Of a DNA stretch of 64,000 nt, positions 58,039 to 64,000 are shown piece after piece (positions within the stretch are counted from its first letter, which is position 1; the number at the start of each line of letters is the position of its first letter). The stretch comes from Patescibacteria group bacterium. Lineage in GTDB: Bacteria; Patescibacteriota; Minisyncoccia; UBA6257; UBA9933. A model generated the notes under the pieces. That model saw only the letters and a program-made list of their open reading frames with translations. It was not told the DNA's origin and did no database searches. The stretch spans positions 51,798-115,797 of the forward strand of contig JBBTRV010000004.1 in the NCBI GenBank assembly GCA_038065035.1. Direction: 5' to 3'. The position numbers and the translations under genes are program-made.

Positions 58039-58878
58039 ATGGCTAAGAAAAAAGATAAAATTCAAGAAATTATAGAAAGGAGCGGCAATGACCTGCAATT
58101 TCGAATTGTAAATTATTTAGAGAGTCATAAATGGGAAGTCTCTATAAGTCCATATTATAACGATCCATCTACTGGAAAACCGAGAGAAATTGATATTGTG
58201 GCTATTCTCAAATGGTCGATAAAGGATGATTTCGGGCATTTTAAACTGGGTGAATTGGCAATTCGATTATTTGTTGAATGTAAATATATTAAAGACGATG
58301 TCATTTTTTGGTTTAGGCAGAAAAATATGTTATCAGCTATTAAATTAGCTAAAGACAATAATATTTTGTGCGATAAGCAGGATTGTTATCTTAATCAAAA
58401 TAAGGTAAGTCAACATCATTATATAGATAATGTTCAGGTAGCGAAAATAGCGGCTAAAAGCTACAATCGTGACGATATTTTTGAGGCGATGAATCAGTGC
58501 TTGAACGGACTTATCTTTTTTGGGAATAATAGTAATATTTCAACTTCATACCATATTGATTTTCCACTTATAGTGACTAATTCATTTAAAAATATTCACA
58601 AACGTGATCAAAATAACGGATACGTCCAAATTACAGAACCGTTTCAACTCGAAGTTGATTATTCGTATAAACAGACAAGAAGTGATGGAAGAATAACAGA
58701 TGTAACAAAATATTTTTTAATAGATATTATGAGTTTTGATAAACTTGATTCGTTTTTACAAGATTTAGAGAACAGGGACATTAAATTATTTCGAGACAAT
58801 TTGCAATGGGATTTAGAACGTCAGGAAAGACAAAATCGTGAACAATTGAATAATAATTCACATGATCCCTATTATTAA
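58039..58878 (+). CDS. PD-(D/E)XK nuclease-like protein
   Basis: YY.D..TGK.REIDIVA..FVECK. Confidence 0.7.
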   Translation: MAKKKDKIQEIIERSGNDLQFRIVNYLESHKWEVSISPYYNDPSTGKPREIDIVAILKWSIKDDFGHFKLGELAIRLFVECKYIKDDVIFWFRQKNMLSAIKLAKDNNILCDKQDCYLNQNKVSQHHYIDNVQVAKIAAKSYNRDDIFEAMNQCLNGLIFFGNNSNISTSYHIDFPLIVTNSFKNIHKRDQNNGYVQITEPFQLEVDYSYKQTRSDGRITDVTKYFLIDIMSFDKLDSFLQDLENRDIKLFRDNLQWDLERQERQNREQLNNNSHDPYY

Positions 58879-58912
58879 TAATAACTCCGCGGCGCTAATT
58901 TAGGGGTTTATA

Positions 58913-58938
58913 CAAAAATTCGCTTCGGCGGATTTTTG
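58913..58938 (+). terminator. Hairpin with C(UUCG)G tetraloop
   Basis: CAAAAATTCGC-TTCG-GCGGATTTTTG. Confidence 0.65.
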
Positions 58939-58963
58939 ATTGGAGATATGGTAAAATAAATTT

Positions 58964-59467
58964 ATGGCTTTAAGGGAAAATAATTTTGCGTATATTGATG
59001 GCGCAAATTTATATAAAGGCGTTGAGTCGTCGGCATGGAAACTTGATTATCAGAATTTCAGATCGTGGATGCGTCAAAAATTTGGCGTTACTGACGCGTA
59101 TATATTTATTGGTCTTATTTCAAAGAACGCAGATTTATACACGTCTTTACAATCCAAGGGGTATGAATTGGTATTTAAGGAAATTGTTTACGACGGGTCG
59201 GGGAAAGCAAAAGGTAATTGTGATGCAGATTTGGTGCTCCAAGCCGCAAGAGATTATTACGAAAACCATTCTATGTCCGCTTTGCTTGTTTCAAGCGATG
59301 GGGATTATGCGCCACTCGTTCGTTTCTGGCAAGAAAAGAAAGTCCCTTGCGCTATTATATCTCCTGCGCCTACTGCTAAGTGTTCAATTTTATTAAAACG
59401 GACAGGGGTGCCGATTATATATCTTGAAGACGTGAAGCATAAGTTATCGTTTAGTAATTCAAAATGA
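58964..59467 (+). CDS. NYN/LabA (PIN-like) ribonuclease
   Basis: YIDGANL, KGNCDADL, VSSDGDY. Confidence 0.9.
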   Translation: MALRENNFAYIDGANLYKGVESSAWKLDYQNFRSWMRQKFGVTDAYIFIGLISKNADLYTSLQSKGYELVFKEIVYDGSGKAKGNCDADLVLQAARDYYENHSMSALLVSSDGDYAPLVRFWQEKKVPCAIISPAPTAKCSILLKRTGVPIIYLEDVKHKLSFSNSK

Positions 59468-59517
59468 AAAAGCCCCCGGCACGGACGTATCCGTACAGGG
59501 GTCTTTTTCGTAGTAAT
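59460..59517 (-). ncRNA. Candidate small antisense hairpin RNA convergent on NYN gene
   Basis: Minus-strand promoter-like motif at 59524-59551; stem with G.U pairs only on minus strand, UACG loop, U-rich tail. Confidence 0.45.
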
Positions 59518-59523
59518 ATTATA

Positions 59524-59551
59524 AATATACCAAGCTATTAGACAAAGTCAA
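59524..59551 (-). promoter_or_regulatory. Minus-strand sigma70-like promoter with no ORF downstream
   Basis: TTGACT-16 bp (ending TGG)-TATATT. Confidence 0.5.
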
Positions 59552-59578
59552 TAAGTTTATCCACAAGCAATTTATATT

Positions 59579-60295
59579 ATGCGTTTTAATATTATTACAA
59601 TTTTTCCTCGTATTTTCGATTCGTATTTAAACGAATCAATTTTAAAGCGGGCGCAGAAGAAAAAACTGGTTAATTTTAAAATCCATAATTTGCGTGATTT
59701 TACAAAAGATAAGCATAAAAAAGTTGACGACCGGCCGTTTGGCGGAGGGCCGGGAATGGTGATGCAAATTCAGCCGATTATCAGAGCGGTTGAATTTGCA
59801 AAGTCAAAAGCCAATCCGCCGGCTGGCGGAAAAAAATTAAAAATAGGAGTTATTTTATTTACGCCCGGGGGAAAGCAATTTGATAACAAAATAGCGGCGC
59901 AAATGGCGAAAAATTATAACCAGCTGATTTTAATCTGCGGCCGGTATGAAGGCATTGATGAAAGAGTAAAAAAAGCTATTAAAGATTTAGGATTGAAAGT
60001 GCGGGAAATTTCTATTGGCCCCTATGTTTTGACTGGCGGAGAGCTTCCGGCAATGGTTTTAATTGATTCTGTCTCCCGCCAAATTACCGGCGCGCTTGGC
60101 AATATAAAATCATTAGAAGAAAGACGGTATGGTTTGCCGGTTTACCCCCACACCAAACAAAGTTATGGTGTGGGGGTTTATACCCGGCCGGAAATATTTA
60201 TGCATAAGGGCAAAAAATATAAAACTCCGGAAGTTCTGCTTTCCGGCAATCATAAAAAAATCGATGAATGGCATAAAAATAAAATAAAAAGATAA
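59579..60295 (+). CDS. trmD: tRNA (guanine37-N1)-methyltransferase
   Basis: VDDRPFGGGPGMV, CGRYEGIDER, SIGPYVLTGGE, YTRP, LLSGNH. Confidence 0.95.
   Translation: MRFNIITIFPRIFDSYLNESILKRAQKKKLVNFKIHNLRDFTKDKHKKVDDRPFGGGPGMVMQIQPIIRAVEFAKSKANPPAGGKKLKIGVILFTPGGKQFDNKIAAQMAKNYNQLILICGRYEGIDERVKKAIKDLGLKVREISIGPYVLTGGELPAMVLIDSVSRQITGALGNIKSLEERRYGLPVYPHTKQSYGVGVYTRPEIFMHKGKKYKTPEVLLSGNHKKIDEWHKNKIKR
60144..60177. repeat. In-frame palindromic insert in trmD
   Basis: ACCCCCACACCA-10 nt-TGGTGTGGGGGT. Confidence 0.8.
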
Positions 60296-60307
60296 ATTTG
60301 AAAACTA

Positions 60308-60373
60308 TTGACATTTAAAATTTTTTAATATATCATTATAAACAATTATGAAGTCCCGACCCAATCGGGACTT
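60308..60373 (+). promoter_or_regulatory. nusA promoter and leader hairpin
   Basis: TTGACA-17 bp-TATCAT; AAGTCCCGA-CCCAA-TCGGGACTT at 60351-60373. Confidence 0.7.
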
Positions 60374-60396
60374 TGTTTCAAAAAATCTCAGATAAA

Positions 60397-61617
60397 ATGG
60401 ATTTAAAATCTTTAAACAGAATAATAGAGCAAATTGCCGATGAAAAAGGGCTGGACAAAGCCGCTATTTTAGAAGTGGTTGAATCCGCCATATCTGCCGC
60501 TTACCGGAAAGAATACGGCAAAAGGGGAGAAAATATCAAAGCCAAGCTTGATTTAAAAACCGGCAATATTAACTTTTGGAAAACGCGCCTTGTTGTTGAT
60601 GAAACGATGGTAATTTTAGTTTCCGAAGATAATAAGGAGCAGAGAGAAAAAATAAGAGAAAGAAATATTGAAGGCGAAGAAATACTTCCTTTTTATAGCG
60701 CTGATCGCCATATTTTAATAAATGAAGCGAAGGAGATTAAGACTGATGTTCAGTTAGGAGAAGAGCTTGAATTTCCCTTGGAAGAACATGAAGATTTCGG
60801 ACGCATTGCCGCCCAAGCCGCCAAGCAGGTGATATTGCAGAAAATAAAAGAAGCGGAAAGAGATTCAATTAGAAAAGAATATCAGACAAGAGAAGGCGAA
60901 ATTGTCAGCGGCGTTATCCAACGGATGGAACGCGGGAATGTTTATATTGATTTAGGCCGGGCTATCGGCGTGATGTTTTTTAATGAAACAATTCCCGGCG
61001 AGTTTTATAAAATCGGCGAAAGATTGAGATTTTATCTTTTAGCGGTTCAGGAAGAATCGGGAAGATTGCCGGGCTTGGTGCTTTCCCGATCGCATCCGAA
61101 GTTTGTAAGCAAATTATTTGAAATTGAAGTTCCTGAAATCCACGAAGGAACAGTAGAAATAAAAGCCATCGCCCGGGAGGCCGGCAGCCGCACAAAAATT
61201 GCCGTTGCTTCAACTGTGTCCGGAGTTGATCCTATCGGCGCCTGCGTAGGGCCGCGCGGCACGCGGGTAATGGCCGTGACTAATGAATTAGGCAATGAAA
61301 AAATTGACATTATTGAATGGTCGGAAGATCCGGATAAATTTGTTGCGGCGTCGCTTTCTCCTGCTAAAGCGAAAGGCGTGGAAATTTCGACGAAGCGCGA
61401 GGCGAAAGTTTTTATTCCCGAAGATCAGCTAAGTTTGGCGATAGGCAAGGGCGGGCAGAATGTCAGGCTGGCGGCTAAGCTTACCGGATGGAAAATAGAC
61501 GTCCGTTCGCTTTCCCGGCCGGACGAAGTTTTAAGCGAAGGGGTGGCGGCAATTGAAGAAGAAACTGCTGTTGCGGAAGAAACATCAGATGTTGAAAAAT
61601 CAAAAAAAGAAGAGTAG
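60397..61617 (+). CDS. nusA: Transcription factor NusA
   Basis: FGRIAAQAAKQ, AREAGSRTKIAV, GACVG.RG.RV, AIGKGGQNVRLA. Confidence 0.95.
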   Translation: MDLKSLNRIIEQIADEKGLDKAAILEVVESAISAAYRKEYGKRGENIKAKLDLKTGNINFWKTRLVVDETMVILVSEDNKEQREKIRERNIEGEEILPFYSADRHILINEAKEIKTDVQLGEELEFPLEEHEDFGRIAAQAAKQVILQKIKEAERDSIRKEYQTREGEIVSGVIQRMERGNVYIDLGRAIGVMFFNETIPGEFYKIGERLRFYLLAVQEESGRLPGLVLSRSHPKFVSKLFEIEVPEIHEGTVEIKAIAREAGSRTKIAVASTVSGVDPIGACVGPRGTRVMAVTNELGNEKIDIIEWSEDPDKFVAASLSPAKAKGVEISTKREAKVFIPEDQLSLAIGKGGQNVRLAAKLTGWKIDVRSLSRPDEVLSEGVAAIEEETAVAEETSDVEKSKKEE

Positions 61618-61624
61618 AATATAC

Positions 61625-61716
61625 GGCAAACATAAAGTTATTTCTTCAACCCGCTCACGCCCCGCTTTGTGGGGCTGCGCTTCCGTTTAGGTTTCAGAAA
61701 CAACTTTATATTTGCC
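61625..61716. repeat. 92-bp imperfect hairpin (REP/MITE-like)
   Basis: 21-bp arms with 2 mismatches, inner GCCCC..GGGGC stem. Confidence 0.65.
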
Positions 61717-61732
61717 TTAAATAATTAATACT

Positions 61733-63709
61733 ATGCAAATTTTAATTCTTATCCCGGCATTTTTAGCGATTATCTATAGTTTTTATATTATTTATTGGCT
61801 CCGCAAACAACCGGAAGGCGACGAGTCAATGAAGGAAATTTCCAACGCCATTCGCGCCGGCGCTAATGCTTATCTTAATCGCCAGTCAAGGGCTATTGCA
61901 GTAGTCGCTGTTATTTTATCAATCATTCTTTATTTCACTTTTGGTTGGATTTCGGTTGTTGGATTTTTAATTGGCGCCATTGCTTCGGCAGTTGCCGGCT
62001 ATATCGGCATGAATATCGCGGTGCGTTCCAATTCTAAAACAACTGAAGCCGCTAAAAAAGGGTTGGCATCGGCATTGCGGCTGGCTTTTAATGCCGGCTC
62101 GGTTACCGGTTTTTTAGTGGCGGCACTGGGCTTATTAAGCGTAAGCATTTTTTATTATTTAGTTGATGATGTCCGGCCGCTGATATCATTAAGCTTCGGC
62201 GCGAGTTTGATTTCGGTTTTTGCCCGTTTGGGAGGCGGTATTTATACTAAAGCCGCTGATGTTGGGGCGGATTTGGTCGGCAAGGTAGAAGCCGGTATTC
62301 CTGAAGACGATCCTCGTAATCCGGCGGTTATCGCCGATAATGTCGGGGATAATGTCGGCGATTGCGCCGGAATGGCTGCTGACTTATTTGAAACTTATGT
62401 TGTCACTTTAACCGCGGCTTTGCTTTTAGGGTCTTTAGTAATCGGCCAAAATGGCATTGCTTTTGTTATTTCTTTGGCTTCGGTGGCTATCTTGGCTTCT
62501 ATAATCGGCAGTTTTTTCGTAAGACTTGGCAAATCAAACGGATCGGGAAAAATTATGCGCGCTCTTTATAAAGGTTTCTTGTCGTCAATTATAGTTTCCG
62601 CGATTCTTTTTTATCCTTTGACAAAATATTATTTTGCCGGAGATTATTTGAATATATTTTTCAGCGCTTTAGTTGGTTTAGTAGTAACGGTATTTATGGT
62701 TTTTATTACCGATTATTATACTGCCAAGCATTATCGGCCGGTTCAATCTATTGCCGAAGCGTCTGTTTCCGGACATGGCACTAATATTATTATGGGTTTG
62801 GCGGTTGGAATGGAAGCGACATTTTTGCCGATAATCGTGATTATTGCCGGTATTTTAATCAGTTTCTGGCTGGCCGGACTTTTTGGAATTGCGATTTCCG
62901 CGATGGCGATGCTTTCAGCCGCCGGCATGGTTGTGGCAATTGATTCTTTCGGGCCGATTACCGACAACGCCGGAGGCATTGCGGAAATGACTAATCAGCC
63001 TCAAGAAGTGCGCGAGATAACAGACAGCCTTGACGCGGTTGGCAATACTACAAAGGCGATAACTAAGGGATATGCCATTGCTTCGGCTGGCTTGGCCGCT
63101 TTGGTTTTGTTTGCCAGCTATGTTGAAGAAGTTAAATTATTTATAAGCGATATTGCTTTTGATTTGCAGGACCCCGATGTAATCGCCGGCTTGCTTTTAG
63201 GAGCGGCTATTCCATATTTATTTTCTTCAATGGCGATGCGGGCAGTCGGAAAAACTGCCGGCGCTGTGGTTGATGAAGTAAGAAGGCAGTTTCGGGAAAT
63301 CAGCGGCATTATGGAAGGTACTGCCAAGCCGGAATACGGCAAAGCAGTTGATATTGTAACTAAAGCCGCTTTGCGGCAGATGATTATTCCTTCGCTTATT
63401 CCGATAGTTTCTGTTTTAGTTGTCGGCTTTGCGCTTGGCGCGAAGTCGTTAGGAGGATTTTTAATCGGTTCTATTATTTCAGGGTTATTTATCGCCATTA
63501 AAATGACTTCCGGCGGAGCGGCTTGGGATAACGCTAAAAAGCATATTGAATCAGGAAATCATGGCGGCAAAGGTTCGGAAGCGCATAAGGCGGCAGTAAC
63601 CGGCGATACGGTCGGCGACCCATATAAAGATACTGCCGGTCCGGCGATTAATCCATTGATAAAAGTAATTAATATTGTAGCATTATTAATAGTTAGATTT
63701 TTAAAATAA
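61733..63709 (+). CDS. hppA: Membrane ion-translocating pyrophosphatase (K+-independent signature)
   Basis: [36 protein letters not shown]. Confidence 0.95.
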   Translation: MQILILIPAFLAIIYSFYIIYWLRKQPEGDESMKEISNAIRAGANAYLNRQSRAIAVVAVILSIILYFTFGWISVVGFLIGAIASAVAGYIGMNIAVRSNSKTTEAAKKGLASALRLAFNAGSVTGFLVAALGLLSVSIFYYLVDDVRPLISLSFGASLISVFARLGGGIYTKAADVGADLVGKVEAGIPEDDPRNPAVIADNVGDNVGDCAGMAADLFETYVVTLTAALLLGSLVIGQNGIAFVISLASVAILASIIGSFFVRLGKSNGSGKIMRALYKGFLSSIIVSAILFYPLTKYYFAGDYLNIFFSALVGLVVTVFMVFITDYYTAKHYRPVQSIAEASVSGHGTNIIMGLAVGMEATFLPIIVIIAGILISFWLAGLFGIAISAMAMLSAAGMVVAIDSFGPITDNAGGIAEMTNQPQEVREITDSLDAVGNTTKAITKGYAIASAGLAALVLFASYVEEVKLFISDIAFDLQDPDVIAGLLLGAAIPYLFSSMAMRAVGKTAGAVVDEVRRQFREISGIMEGTAKPEYGKAVDIVTKAALRQMIIPSLIPIVSVLVVGFALGAKSLGGFLIGSIISGLFIAIKMTSGGAAWDNAKKHIESGNHGGKGSEAHKAAVTGDTVGDPYKDTAGPAINPLIKVINIVALLIVRFLK

Positions 63710-63714
63710 ATTTT

Positions 63715-64000
63715 ATGCTAATACCAACAGTAATAGAAAAATCACAATATGGCGAAAGAGCTTATGATATTTATTCAAGATTATTAAAAGATCGCATTAT
63801 TTTCCTTGGCGGGCCGATTATGGACCAGGTGGCAAATAGCATTATCGCCCAGCTTTTATTTTTAGAGCACGAAGATCCGAAAAAAGACATTATTCTTTAT
63901 ATTAATAGTCCGGGCGGAGTGGTGACTGCCGGCATGGCAATTTACGATACTATGCAGCATGTTAAGCCAGATGTTTCAACTATTTGCGTTGGCATGGCGG
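63715..64000 (+). CDS. clpP: Clp protease proteolytic subunit (5' partial)
   Basis: [34 protein letters not shown]. Confidence 0.95.
   Translation, partial: MLIPTVIEKSQYGERAYDIYSRLLKDRIIFLGGPIMDQVANSIIAQLLFLEHEDPKKDIILYINSPGGVVTAGMAIYDTMQHVKPDVSTICVGMA

Noticed and set aside
31845-59565. DnaA boxes TTATCCACA at 31845 and 59557 as replication origin
   Set aside because: Isolated single boxes, no cluster and no dnaA/dnaN.
488-63498. Many 60-140 aa antisense or alternate-frame ORFs in the track
   Set aside because: They overlap well-supported genes and have no motifs; treated as shadow ORFs.

Overview
A low-GC, gene-dense bacterial chromosome segment using the standard genetic code. Gene content and style point to a CPR/Patescibacteria (Parcubacteria-like) genome; this is an inference. 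In order, it holds: a surface-glycan locus (1-14.6 kb; two Wzx paralogues, Wzy, three SAM methyltransferases, the UDP-L-FucNAc pathway with a split FnlB, and a priming transferase); redox and surface-protein genes; a VirD4-like ATPase; a single-chain mitochondrial-type PheRS; tRNA-Glu; a disrupted AbrB gene plus a secreted Zn-phospholipase-C-like module; several toxin-antitoxin pairs; a pentose-phosphate/glycolysis operon with many inserted cassettes; a pyrimidine-nucleotide cluster (thyA, folA-HIT fusion, nucleotidyltransferase, dCMP deaminase, HD); rpmF-nusB-rnc-smc-rpsP-khpA; a defence islet (R-M, PD-(D/E)XK, NYN); and trmD, nusA, hppA and the start of clpP. The most notable unexplained signals are four. 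(i) Several families of tiny palindromes and heptamer repeats sit in frame inside housekeeping proteins, and one family also forms the ends of a ~130-bp MITE-like element. (ii) A NYN ribonuclease gene faces a candidate promoter-driven antisense hairpin RNA. (iii) The nucleotide cluster has strong Shine-Dalgarno sites in a window where many starts look leaderless. (iv) The phospholipase-C-like protein is paired with a small partner gene. All calls come from reading motifs by eye; no searches were run.
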